64,000 nucleotides of DNA from Microthyrium microscopicum (taxonomy: Eukaryota). Every line of letters starts with the position of its first letter. The first letter of the stretch is position 1. Where the stretch lies: assembly GCA_010405405.1 (NCBI GenBank), contig MU004232.1, positions 1,135,481 to 1,199,480 of the forward strand, given 5' to 3'. This document shows positions 40,722 to 54,528 of this stretch, one piece after another. The position numbers and the translations under genes were made by a program. The notes under the pieces are model-generated. The model searched no databases. It saw only the letters and a program-made list of their open reading frames with translations, and was not told the origin of the DNA.

Positions 40722-42304
40722 TGTGATGTTTGGTGGATGATAAAGTTGCTAGTACCGAGTGGGTATTGATAGTAAGTTGAAAGTTTAGAAGTTGTTAAAA
40801 AAACGCTGGAGGGGACAAATTGATGTCACTGGCATATATATATTGTTCGCCCAGATGCTAGATTGCCCTGTTGATCAAACGTACGAAAGAGCACATGGAA
40901 GTCTATTGTACGCCAAACCCTGTTGTAAGCTATCTCGGTTGTTTCGAACTTTCAAGCTTGCGATCTGACGTTGCAGGGACGCTGACTGACAAGCCTCGGA
41001 AGCCTAGAGTGACAGACATCTGAAAACATAATTGAGCCTCAGCCTTACCCGCTCCATTTTTGGCTTTCAATATTTGTTCGACCCTGTTTGCCTATTCCTA
41101 AAAAGAGAAGAACCCCTATTTTCCACTCTATGGCCATATATTCAAACTCATTGATCCACTACCAACTTTCTCGATGATTTTCAGTTGTTCTATGAGTAAC
41201 AATGCTTATGAAGAGGAGAGCATAGAACCGTTCACATGCACGTCAGTTCCCCCACAGTCTGGGGTCTGGCTTTCTTGGGCACCAGTTATATCATGTCTGT
41301 GCGGCTCGGGAAAGGCTCAGATGAGAATATACAGGGGCAAGTAATCTACTTGAGTGGCCAAACGCGGGCTATGAGCTCAGTGTCTTGGTGGGCATGAAAT
41401 GATTGACGGTTGACGATTGCGTAGCCTGGCAACCACGAGCTACGTGGCTCAGATGGTGTAGTATGAACAGAGCATATCGTTGCCCCTTCGATCTAGAATG
41501 ACATATCTACTCGGGCTTTCGATTTTGTACTCTTAGCCGTATCCTGATTCGAAGATATTCCTCAGTGATGATAAGGCCCATGGCCAAGTATCGATGTTAT
41601 TCCCTGGTTCAATGCCCCTTTCAACAATCACACGCTCCACTGGCGATTGCGATGAATGCGAGACCAAGTTACAGGGGAGTGCCGACTTGAAACTTGGAGA
41701 TGCAGTATCAACTACTCCTTCCGATGCTATAGCATGATTACTACTCTAATGAGGAGCAACGCCAGTGACATGGAAAGAAAACACTGATGGCAGCGATGCC
41801 TCCTTCTTGCTATAACAGACGATAATCGTCATGCTGTACATTCAATTCTTAGAGATAGCAGTCGAAAAATAGCCTATACATGCACCCCTAGGGCTGATCG
41901 GTCCACCTGGAAGCATATCAAGCGATCAGTGTAGTTGCGGCCGTACAATCTGAATAAAGTAAAGACCCAAAAGCAAGTGCATATACACCGAGAAAGTCAA
42001 CTGATCAATCGCAGTGGTAGGTCAGCAAACAATAGACTGGTCGGTGCCCAATTGTAACGGTTCCTTGCTATTAAATCTGAAGTATGAGAATTGGAGGTAA
42101 AGTTACTAGGGAACGTTGGAGTCGAGAGAATATCGGCTAGACCAAAAGTAGACTAGTGCGAGTTCTTGATCTTTTATCGATTGTGGAGATGATTTCAAAT
42201 GCACGCTTGCACTTGAGCCCCACCAGAACCGACAATCGGAACAGGAGCCAAACAAAACTTCCTCCTCCTTATTTCTAATTCTTTCACACATCATACAAAA
42301 CACA

Positions 42305-43366
42305 ATGGCGCCCTCAATAGAAACACACCTCAGCGAGTCCGCCACAACAACAACCTCCGCATTCACCGCTCCCCTCAAAGCCGCTCCCTCCCTCGTCGCC
42401 CCCGAACCAGAACACTGTCCCGGCCCAGAATCCGAACAAGCCGGTACCTCAGACGCCTGCGCCGACTGTCCTAACAAATCAATATGCGCCTCAGCACCCA
42501 AAGGTCCCGATCCGGACATTCCCCTCATCGCAGCACGTCTCTCAGGCGTCAAGCACAAAGTGCTTGTTCTCAGTGGCAAAGGTGGCGTAGGCAAGAGCAC
42601 ATTTAGCGCACTTCTCGCGCAAGCATTTTCGGCGCAAAGAGATGGCGAAGATGATACAACAGTGGGTTTGATGGACACAGATCTATGTGGACCTAGCATA
42701 CCGCGCATGGTGCTGGGCGAGGAAGGCGTAAAGACGAGCATTCATACATCCGCTAGCGGATGGAGTCCTGTGTGGGCGAGTGATACGCTGGCGGTGATGA
42801 GTATTCAGTTTATGCTACCACAGAAAGACTCGGCAGTTATATGGCGCGGACCAAAGAAAAACGGACTGATCAAGCGGTTTTTGAAAGATGTGGAATGGGG
42901 CGAGCTAGATTTACTTTTGGTTGATACGCCACCAGGCACATCGGATGAACACTTAAGCATACAGTCGTTCTTGACAGCAGCGGGAGTGGATGGTGCAATA
43001 CTGGTTACGACACCGCAAGAAGTCGCGCTGTTGGATGTGCGCAAGGAGTTGGATTTTTGTCGCAAGGCGAAGATTCCAGTCATTGGAATTGTTGAAAATA
43101 TGGCTGGCTTTGTGTGTCCGAATTGCACAAACGAGAGCCAGATATTCAAAGCATCAACCGGAGGAGCGCGGAAGCTTTGCGAGGATGAGAATGTGCCATT
43201 CCTGGGGTCTGTGCCTTTAGATCCGAGAATTGGACAAGCTTGCGATTTTGGCGAAAGCTTCCTTGAAGCGTTTCCTGATAGTCCTGCTGCCAAACGGATA
43301 TCTCAAGTGGTGGACAATGTCAGCAAGATCATTGGCCTTCATCAAATTAGTAATGGCGGATCATAA
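42305..43366 (+). CDS. NBP35: Cytosolic Fe-S cluster assembly factor Nbp35
   Basis: N-terminal HCPGPES...[11 protein letters not shown]e-S motif; [11 protein letters not shown]-loop; [21 protein letters not shown]. Confidence 0.96.
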   Translation: MAPSIETHLSESATTTTSAFTAPLKAAPSLVAPEPEHCPGPESEQAGTSDACADCPNKSICASAPKGPDPDIPLIAARLSGVKHKVLVLSGKGGVGKSTFSALLAQAFSAQRDGEDDTTVGLMDTDLCGPSIPRMVLGEEGVKTSIHTSASGWSPVWASDTLAVMSIQFMLPQKDSAVIWRGPKKNGLIKRFLKDVEWGELDLLLVDTPPGTSDEHLSIQSFLTAAGVDGAILVTTPQEVALLDVRKELDFCRKAKIPVIGIVENMAGFVCPNCTNESQIFKASTGGARKLCEDENVPFLGSVPLDPRIGQACDFGESFLEAFPDSPAAKRISQVVDNVSKIIGLHQISNGGS

Positions 43367-43787
43367 CCTTACTCACGTCATACTATCGAGTTTTGATGTC
43401 CAGTCAGTTCAGATTGATCTAGTCAATTGTTCGGACGGCCTCCTAGATTTGAAATGCATTTTTGGCGCATTGTAGCGTATGGTAGAGATCTGAAATAGTC
43501 TCTACCACATCCTGTAGATTAGCAGCATAGACTCTCAAAATTCAACTTAATCACAAAATTCCTCGCTGGACCAAAAAATATGTGTTACAATGTTCAGAAT
43601 TTTCTCATTGGTTTTGCCCTCGAAAAAGGATATCCCATGCATTGAAAAAGTCCACAGACACCATGGAACCGATCACAACGCCTTGACAGAATGGTTTGTG
43701 TTTGGCCTTGAATTTTTTTCAAGACCGATGAATCGTCTACTACTGCATACAGCCCTTCGCTCTTCATGAATCAACAACGTCCGGCAG

Positions 43788-44510
43788 TCAGAAGACCATC
43801 TCGTGTGGCTTGTCGCCCTTGCGCAGGCTGAATGATGCGGCAAGGTAGCTGGCGAGAAGAGGCTGCTTTTTGATCTCGCTTATTATGGCCTTGTCGACGT
43901 TCTTTTGGTCATCCACACGACCCTTGGCAGTTTCCTTCTTCTGATGACACAGTTAGTCTCAAATCATATCCATGTTTTTTCAGACCATTTCATACCTCTG
44001 GCTTATCTCCCTGCTTGAAGAAAGCTTCCTCTCCCGTCTTCTTCTCACTCTTTTCGCGCGCGAAGTATTCGCTTCCGGAAAGCTTCTTCAGCAAGTCCTT
44101 GTCGATGCCCTTGACATTGACGTTTGTGGAGGTTGCGATGACATATCGGGCATTGACACGACGAATGGGTACACCGTTGACCTTGAAGGGGCCTGTGACG
44201 AGGAGAACGCCTTGTTCAAGAGCGCTAAGGAGGATGACACGCTTGCCACGGAAACGGCCAGCGAGGAGGATGAGAACTTGGCCGGGTTGTAGAGAGTCTC
44301 GTAGAACTGCTGGGCGAGCTGTTTTGCGAACCTGTTAAGATGGACAGTTAGCAATGTTTCCGAGAAGCCAATGGTTTATGTTGAGGTATATCATACCTTC
44401 TTTGGCTGTCGCTCATCCTCCGCTGGGTACCACTTGGAGGCTTTCTCCGAGTGGTGAGGGACAGTCCGCTCGCCTTTTCCGAACTTCTTGGTTTTGTGTT
44501 CCGCAGCCAT
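43788..44510 (-). CDS. RPL6: 60S ribosomal protein L6 (eL6)
   Basis: [56 protein letters not shown]-terminal GDKPHEMVF*; two introns. Confidence 0.95.
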
Positions 44511-44868
44511 TGCTCCTGGTATAAGGAAGGAAACGAAAAGACGGGTATAGGGAGGGGTTGTTGTGGTTGAATTATTCAGACCATTCGCTTGCTTGATGTG
44601 TAGAAGAATTGGGTGCGGCTTTTGGTTGTGGTGGTGGTTCGGTGTCCGGATTATCTGTGCCGCCGAATAAGCGCGACTTGGCGTGGGTGGCGTGTGGCTC
44701 AAGCTGTTGTGCGCCACAGTTGTCATTTTTGAAATGCAAGTGGAAAGAGCAACACAAGAGGTTGCGCAAGGGTCGTTGCCTTCCTTCCTCAGAGCTTGAG
44801 ATGCTCAACAACTCCAACTACAACATACGACCTCTACCTTTCTTCAGTTATACTCCACCAATCTAACA

Positions 44869-46462
44869 ATGGCCTCAAATATCGTGCCTTTAATAACTTT
44901 CAAAGCTGGAAGATGTGACGATGCGGTCAGTACTACCCTCACTCTTTTCGCCGTATTGTGCTGACGTCGGGTTGTAGACAGGTTCCAGCGGCGATAATCC
45001 TATCAGTATCAAATGCAAGCCAACGCCTGGTTATGTCTATGTCTACACTGGTGCAGAAGATGGTACATCCCAACGTTTAGTCTGCCGCATCGTTTTGCGT
45101 TTCTAATGTTGCATAGAGCTCACTCACTTCTGCTGGCGTCCCAGGACACAAGGCCTAGACGATCCAGAGCTTGATCTCATCATGTTCCCCGGCGATGCTC
45201 GCTTCTTGCCATATGTCGGAAGAGATGGCCCCCTCTATGGCCCCAACGTGACTAGTCCAACCAGTGGCCGCATTTACGTCCTCAAGTTCTCATCCTCCTC
45301 ACAACGTCACCTCTTCTGGCTACAGTCAAAATCTCAACATCCCGATGGTAATAAGAACTGGTTCAGCCGGCGAGATCAGAAGCTTGGCCAAGTCGTGGAT
45401 CTGATGCTTCAAGGTGAAGAAGTAGATGTCGACAATCATGTTGGTAATGAGCGCGGCAATGACGAAGACCATGACATGGACGATGCTCCAGGTGGCAACG
45501 ACACGCGACCAAGCGGACGAAGAGAGAGTACAACCGGTGGCGCGGGCGCGGATGCTACGGGCGGAGATATAAGAGACGAGGGTTCAGGAGCTCGGGATGG
45601 CGGAGCAGATGGAGGACGAGCGTAGGTCTTCCTTCTATGCACAATTGCGTGTGGCTTAGCGAGATTATGCCATTGGGCGGCGTTTCTTCTGTTTGGTGCA
45701 CTTCAGCTTGGTTATCAAGAAAGCATGTATCATGAAGAGATGTATGAATAAGAACAAAAAATGGAATGGCGCGTTTTGCTGCCTTCAAATTACATCATCT
45801 CTAAGAAACGCCGTCCAATGCTCTTTTTCTGTGTTTGCATGCGTTTTCTCATCGTACTAACATTTTTCAGAGCATCAGATGCTGCTGCAGACACTGGGGC
45901 TGCTTCAACCGACGCGTCGACGCTTGTACAAAATCTACTGAGTTCTCTCGGTCAACCTTCCGGATCAGCTGGTGGCCGTGGCCAACAACGAGTTCAGAAC
46001 GGATTCTGTTCCCTATCCGACCTCCTGACACCCGAAACTTGCATCCCAGTACTGTCCGCATCATCAGATGAATTTCTCGACTCACTTCTCAATCAACTTC
46101 CCGGGCCTCTCATATTACTCGAAACACTCACATCCGACGATACTGTAGACGACATGGACACTTCGCCAGACGTTGTCGAGGCAGTCATCATGAGCCTAGC
46201 TCGTGAACAAAAAGTTCGCATTCTCACACGAGTAGTGCGCAGCGCACAATTTCAACAAAGTCTGGGCAGTCTTACAGTAGCAATCCGCGATGGTGGATTG
46301 CCAAGTGTTGCAGAGGCATTGGGTGTAAAGGTTGCCAATGGTGGTTACATGAGGGGAAGTGCAGTTCCACTTGGTGGAGGAGATGCAGTTGAAGCATTTG
46401 TAGAAGGAGTGAAGACAACGGTCGCAGAACACAAGGATGACGATGAGATGGATATCGAGTAG
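44869..46462 (+). CDS. RPN13: Proteasome ubiquitin receptor Rpn13/ADRM1
   Basis: PLITFKAG, THFCWRPR, LIMFPGDA and GRIYVLKFSSSSQRHLFWLQ (Pru domain); C-terminal VVRSAQFQQSLGSL...VEAFVEGV (DEUBAD-like); three introns including 45622-45870. Confidence 0.9.
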
Positions 46463-47221
46463 TGGTTTTCGCACAAAGATAATTGTATAATGGACGGTGC
46501 AGATTGTGGTCAACTACTTGCCTGGCTAAATACGTATCATACAAATTCGTGCTGATAGACATGAAGTTTATTATTCTGGTTGCTTGGCTAGCCATAGCTT
46601 GACAGGATGATTTATTTTCTTTCCGCGTGATGAGGCACGTATGCTAGTATAATCTCATAACAACATTGTTTATGCTCGATTAGCTGTACAGCAATACGTT
46701 GCAACTCTATGCTCGGATAGGTCAAGACAAAACGCTCTCTTCCCTTTTCTCAACATGCTGCGAGGGTCCTATGGAGTTTTGCAACAATATTGGACAGATT
46801 GAGAATTGTTGGCAGATTTGCCCATTTACTCCAATGAAACACATTGACTCTGGCACTGCATGAGACGATTGGCGATGAATGAGAGTCATCTCATGGGATG
46901 TGACAATCAGCTGGCAGTATAAATTAGTGATGCTACTGGGTCGATGGCCCCTTCTAAGATGATGGTGTGGGCAGTGTTTGGCTTAATAGTGGTTGGCGGT
47001 GTGTTTGCATGAAATGGTATGGCATGTAAAGCAGGAAGGCAAGACATGCAGATGGCTAACTTGATGAGAGCATGAGAGGAAGGGCTATATGGGACACAGA
47101 CGCACCGAATATGTTACAGACAACAATTCCATTGCTGAGAGTTTATTCGCGTATAAAAATGCAATGCTGCCACTACCATATCATACACATATACAACACA
47201 TTATCTCCTTTCAAGAAAATG

Positions 47222-47479
47222 TTATAGACTGACACCTCCTTTCTTGATTCCAGACTTGTTTGTTGAAGGGTGACATTCAAAGTATTTTCCCTTTGCTTGA
47301 CAAGTATTGCCAGACTTGCATCCTGTACTCTGCCTCAGTTCAGGAACGCATGGCTATAAGACATGTTAGATAAGTGATATTAGAACAACAATTATAGCAC
47401 GTACTTCACCAAGCTCACCGAGAGCATTCACCGAAATGACTAGCATGGCAATGCTGACGAATGCCGATGTGATCTTCAT
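47222..47479 (-). CDS. 68-aa secreted Cys-rich peptide
   Basis: MKITSAFVSIAMLVISVNALGELGE, intron 47404-47354 (GTACGT...CTAAC...TAG), then PCVPELRQSTGCKSGNTCQAKGKYFECHPSTNKSGIKKGGVSL*. Confidence 0.75.
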
Positions 47480-47974
47480 AGTTGCGATTTGCGGTATATA
47501 TTGAATTAGGCGATTGTTGAAAATGAATGGGAAGTGGTTGGGGATTTTGTGATCTGATGTTATGATAGAATTTTCAGGCCCGTTCGATATCATATGTAGA
47601 GGGAGATATACCCGTCACCCAGATTCCAGGTTTGTGGCACCAGGAAGACTGGAACAGGAGATTAAATGTGTATTATTCCGCATATGATTTCGAGGCCTGT
47701 TTCATATAAAAGGCGGACTTCACTCCGATCGCATGTCCGAGCCCTTCCTAAGTTGGAAGACAAAGACATGTATGGTACACGGTGAATCATAGAAAGACAT
47801 TTTTTGAGCTACTTCTCCAGTAGATGATATCCCGAAAATGGCGGCGTGCTCCGTTGGTATATCTTCTCAAGCTCCAATACGCATGAGACGTTGAGTGAGT
47901 ACTTCGTTGCGATAATCATTAGCCCAGCCAGTAGCTCCTTAGTTTCTCCAGGTGAAGAATGGTTGGCCAGGTTC

Positions 47975-48886
47975 TCAATCATTGAGACTTTCAAATGAAC
48001 TGATTGATCCGAATTCTAGTTCATCTTCCAGTTCATCTTCTGATTCATCTTCTGATTCATCCTCTGGTGCATCCTCAGATGGCTCGGACCGCCTGCTCTC
48101 GTTTTGGCTTTGCTCTTCTTTCAAATGAGTGATCAATCCCTCTGGTAATGGAGCCGATTGCAGACCATTGACTGCCCAAATTTCTGGCTTACCGCCGCAA
48201 CATCCGATTATGCTATTCATAAAAAGCACCAAGTCACTTGAACTTGACGTCATTTCAGTATTGCTAGCACTTGCCTGGCTCGGCCATTGCAATAGAAAGT
48301 AATTCGCAGAATCATTGACCCGATCCCCCAGCTCTGCAACGTAGTCTCTGTCAAGCTGCGATATGACGAGATCGTATAGCAAGCCCATCTTGATGCCATG
48401 TTCCTGAAGCTCATCGAATTCGGAGCTGATCTGCGCCCGCGGAGTTCTAGTTGAATAGACGCATGGGTAATAGTGCTCAAACTGGATCTCCCTCAGCTTG
48501 ATGGGTGGTTGTATAGGAAACATTCGGCGCCAGGATGCATCTGGTCTAAGAACAGCGTTTCGACGTTCTTTATCCACAAACCATTGCATGTCTTTAACTA
48601 CATCAGCACTTTGACTCATAGACGACTCGACCTCATCGTCGGAATCCTCGATATCAGTAATTGGGGTGAGAAAGAAGGGTGGAAATAGCTCCTTCAGAAG
48701 AGGGTTGAATCCGAATTCAGAATCAGGCCGTTGCTGGGAAGGCCTGAAGAAGAGTGCTTGCTGAAGAGTAGGAGAAGCACATATAATTGTTGTCCAGTGC
48801 TGGCACACTCGCTGAATTCGGAGAAGGTCACCGAGGTCTAACTTGACAAAGATCTCTGCCAAGATTTCGCATGGTAAGGAGTTCAT
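47975..48886 (-). CDS. F-box protein
   Basis: LPCEILAEIFVKLDLGDLLRIQRVCQHW...SPTLQQALFF; FNPLL and ASWRRMF motifs; acidic EDE repeat tail. Confidence 0.85.
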   Translation of the reverse strand: MNSLPCEILAEIFVKLDLGDLLRIQRVCQHWTTIICASPTLQQALFFRPSQQRPDSEFGFNPLLKELFPPFFLTPITDIEDSDDEVESSMSQSADVVKDMQWFVDKERRNAVLRPDASWRRMFPIQPPIKLREIQFEHYYPCVYSTRTPRAQISSEFDELQEHGIKMGLLYDLVISQLDRDYVAELGDRVNDSANYFLLQWPSQASASNTEMTSSSSDLVLFMNSIIGCCGGKPEIWAVNGLQSAPLPEGLITHLKEEQSQNESRRSEPSEDAPEDESEDESEDELEDELEFGSISSFESLND

Positions 48887-49680
48887 GATGTTTGGACAAT
48901 GAAAGGTGCTAGACCAGATGAAGATCAAATCAATCCTTGAACAGAGCTTAGATTTGCGTGAGTTGCATTGGAAAGTCGAGTACTTATGAGAGCGAGTCGG
49001 TGACTCTAAATACCCAATGAGACGGGTGAATCATTATTCATGACCATCAAACCCTATAAGAATTATGAGAAAGCTATGACTGGTACATCACATATGGACA
49101 AGGAATGAATACTAGGCTCATGATCTCGAATCCTGCCGGGCGAGATGGATTTGAGTTCTCGCTGGCCAAAACCGTACCCGTATCAGTCAGGGAGTTTGCA
49201 CAGCCTTTTGGACAAGCATGAGAGCACTCCGCAAAAGACAACATGGACAAAACAACAGGTTCGTTGTATTCTGATGAGTCATCTTTCGTTCATTGACGAG
49301 GGGGATTAGATGTAGAAGTTTGATGATTGAAGTTGTTGGCCGTTGCTTCAAGTATCCATTTGAAAGTTATGCTTGATCGGGCCGATGGCGCTTATGTCGG
49401 TGCGGATCAATGTCTCCCGTCTTGGCGTCTGTCGGCCCGGAACGTACGCATCAATTGACGGTGGAGTCTGGACAACCATGACATGTCCCTGAATATCAAC
49501 GCCAGCTTCCACTTTAACAATCAATTCACTCTTCAATCGATCCAGTCTACCATCTGTAAACCTCCGCAACCTTCAAACATCTACAAGACATCTCCAAATT
49601 CTATATCAATACCCGCGCCTCTCACAATACAACCTTTTTTCCATAAGCCCCATTGATCATCACACGATTTAATTCTAAAT

Positions 49681-50582
<902 letters not shown>

Positions 50583-51218
50583 ACGAATTCAACGCCGACT
50601 AATACTAAATTTATATTATTATGGGCCTTGATAATCCCAAGTCCGGCATTCTTAGGTAGGTAGGCGCATTGCAAAGCGAGGCGTTCCATGGTTTTGCATT
50701 CTGTGGTTTGAATATTGTTAACCCGCATATTACCACCTTGATGGTCTTTAGTGACATGGTCTTTCGCATGGGCTATCACAGACTATTTGCTTTCTAGACA
50801 TCACAACTCGGATATTTACAATTAATCCAGATAGTTCTTGGTATCCAACTCTTGTGTTACTTTTCACCGAATCATAACTGGCCAATTCAAAAGGTAAAAG
50901 TACTGGCTCATGCAAGGCCACAAGAGCTAGAGCATTTGCCGAGTCACATATAAGGCATACTTCCATCGTGGAACTCGACTAGTACACACTGACATTGATG
51001 GACAGAGACACTGATTAGAGGACTCGGCTCGGTAGCTCGAGTCAATTATTGGAGTATCTACGTCTGAGCAGCCATTGGCATCCTGTCTGTCGGTAGAAAT
51101 ACTTCCTATCAATCCTCAGGGGAAGGCGGATCAAACATCCTGAGTATTAAGCTTCCTGCAGCGTCAGTTTGAATACCCTCCGTGCTGACTACATCAAATC
51201 TAGTTCTTGAAAGAAAGC

Positions 51219-54203
51219 ATGAGTTCAAGATACATAACATTTGACCTTGGGCGTCGTGACCAAGCTGAATTCGCGGCATTATCTAAGCCAGAGGATGTAG
51301 CTCGCGATTTTGCGGCAGCCATATTTGAATTCTTTGTTGACCAAGATGGTGTCGTTTCAAGAAAACGACATGACTGTACAATGTATGATCTGATATATGG
51401 CTCAGAAGTTGACGCGATGAGTAGCAGACCGCAACCATCGTTTAGATGGATTCATATTCCGCATAATTGGGTACGTATATAGTCTATATCAATTGGCAGC
51501 AAGGGCAGCAAACTAATTCACCATCTCAGATAATATGGGTCAAGGTAGGCTTTCCTCCTACGCTTACCTATGAGTTATCATATACAAAGAATTGCTCACT
51601 TCACACCAGAAAATCATGACCAAGACTGACTTCGGTATGGATTTCTCGGCATTCGAGTATTATTGCGCATTCTATCAAACACAATGTCGCGCAATGGGTC
51701 TTGCGACTATGTCACCAACCTGTCAGCCCTTACCAGGAGAATTCCCTGCCTCGAGGGACGAATTGTACTCGAAGTTCATGGTGTTTGTCAGTATACTTTA
51801 CCACTCCAAGAAATGAATAATAACAAGAAACTAGATGCCTATGTTCGGTCTGAACTGCCATCCTCAAAGTGACGATGCAAGCAATGTAGGCAACTGTTGC
51901 TGTGCTGGAGCCCTCTTACAGTCCAGATTACAATTCTGGCACCTTAACTATTACACTCAAACAGGAGGGCAAAACCTTTATACGAGCACCGGACAGACTT
52001 TGGGCCAATATCTCAACTGTAATGGTCTATACAGGAGCTACCTGGAGCAGAACGAGATAGATGGTCGAAGAAGGACCCGAGACGAAGAGAATATTGGTCA
52101 AAATGCGGATCCTTTTGATCTTGAAGTTGATCGATTGTGGTTATGGAACGACTCCCGTAAGTCTTACCTCTCGCAGCCATGCTCGAATGTATTTTGATGT
52201 GTTAGATACTGTAATCACCGCCTTTCCCAGCTTCCCGACAGGCTCTCAATCTCTGTTGGATAAGATCCTTTGCTTCCTCGAAAAGCCCACGCAAGCACCT
52301 ATGAAGACAATCACAAATTTAATCATGTGCATCATTCGTCAAGGCTCTGGAATCTCAATGTTCCATACCCTCTATAATGATCAGCTTCTGAACGTGTTTG
52401 AATACTTGAACCGGGCTATAAGTACTATCGTAAGTAGAGATGTTGTATCACTGATGCTAGGCTGATCAAGTGGTCGTAGCGAGATGATCACTCCATACTA
52501 CAAAACCAATTTGAAGAACTCTGGAAGGTTAGCATTTCTACCTTTTGTTCTACTCTCCCCTGCTCCAAGGCGAATCCACTGTCAATTGTATGAGCTCTGA
52601 CTGATCTGCCCAGGACCTCAAATCCATCGAGCTACCAGATCCCGAGTATACACATAGTTTTAATCTGCAGGAATATGTCAAGAAAACCGATCAGATGTTT
52701 ATTGCACAAACAACGGATAAGAAGATCTTTGGACAAATCAATCCATCTAGCTGGAATACCAATGGAGAAATTCTGTTGATATCGCAGATTGACAACTTGG
52801 AACTACAAGTCAGCCACATCACAGCCCTAATGAATGACCAGTCTACACTAGTCAAGAAATTTGTCAAATTCATTTTCAGGCAGCAGAAGCTACAGGGCGA
52901 AAGCGATGAAGAAGCCTATGAGCGAGTTCTGGAAGAAGTTCACTATGATATCAGTAGAAGTCTCATTGAGCTGGGCCGATTAGACTTCCAAGCTAGTAGG
53001 GCCAGAGAAAAGGTAGGAAGTTTGGACTTTACATTTACTGAGGACTTTGCTAAGAGGCTCTAGATCGACTACCTCATCTCGATTAAGAACAGTCTGCGCA
53101 CAAGATGGGAAAGTGACATGAACTTAGATATGGCCACTTCAGCTGCAAAACAGAATCAGGCCATTCTAATATTCACCATTTTTACAATGATTTTTGTAAG
53201 TATACTTCATTTCAGTACCGTTGAAGTACTTTCTGATGATAGGAACCTTCCAGTTGCCATCGTCGTTCATAGCCGCGGTATTCACTATACCCATCCGCGA
53301 GTTTCCATCTTCGGCATCAGGATCCATTTCTCTTCCGCTGTCTTACGTAGTCAAGAATATGTGTAAGTGCAACCTTGCCTTGAAAAGAGTGCCACAGTCA
53401 ATAGCACCAAGGATGAGGGCAACACGTCCCAATGACTTCGCTAAAAATATACAGCTACATTCACCGTCGCGGTCGTGGTCCCGTCGATTGTCATTGCATT
53501 CAATTTGCAGAGGCTTTCGCGGTGGAAAGATAGAATCATAGCAATCTCACCCATGACCCAAAATGTCAGCAGTCGCATCTCGCTGATGAAGAGAAGCATT
53601 TGGAAGAAGTTGAGAGGCAAAAAGTACATCGATCAAGAGGCAGGTCGGGAAGAAGATATATGTCCACATATGCATGAAGAAGGAGTACTTGTTGATCCTC
53701 CCGAGCCTATAGGGCCAACCCAGCTTCCAGATCCTTCACGACGTAGTGGTCGCTCACCTCTTGTCGTAAGCCTTGAACAACAAGTCGCCGCTGCATCTTC
53801 ACAGACTGGAGCATACTCCCAGCAAGATGAGTCTTCCCGGCTAGATAGATCCTCACTTCAAGTCGGCGACTCACCACAGATAGGATTTCGACTACCACCA
53901 GAATTACTCCGACAAATGGCAGCATTTATAGCAACTTTGCCCTCGCGACCACCCGTCAGTTCTTCAGATCAAGTGGGGTCTGTACAAGCAGAGGATTCTG
54001 TACAGGCAGAAAGTTCTGTACAGGCAGAGGGTTCCTCACATCCAGGAGGGAAGTCTCAAGTTACTGCCTTTTCCCAGCAGGAAACTTCTTCTCAGCCCGA
54101 AGCAGCTTTACAGACGGATAATACAGTGGAGCCAAACGACACTTCACAGGCCGATTCTCCTACAGATGCTGCCGATATCAGCCTTGACTCCATTGTCAAT
54201 TGA
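51219..54203 (+). CDS. Fungal CorA-like membrane protein
   Basis: FRWIHIPHN, VDRLWLW, TVITAFP and QNQAILIFTIFTMIF-LPSSFIAAVF blocks followed by a second TM segment; many introns; an additional upstream exon is possible. Confidence 0.65.
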
Positions 54204-54528
54204 ACATCATCTCCAGTGGCCATCATCACTTGTCGGATCAGGAGCGTCGTGTGTTGCTAGGTTTGCCCAAAGAATAGTCATTCTACGCTTGGTGCTTTTT
54301 GCCAGCTCATGTATCAAGGCTTTTTCAAATCGTCGTTATCGATCGTGGGGCTTTTCTTTGTTACTATTGTAATGAGGCCGGCAACATGGCCGTGTAGCAA
54401 TTCGATTCTAAATATCAACGTCCTGGGTACACTTCAACAGCCGTGTATTTTTAGTTATATCAATCTTTATTCATTAAGCGCTACGTGATGTGCCCAAAGG
54501 ATATCAAGTCATACTCACACACTACTCC

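Noticed and set aside
42106..43293. Minus-strand 211-aa and 162-aa ORFs
   Set aside because: Antisense to NBP35.
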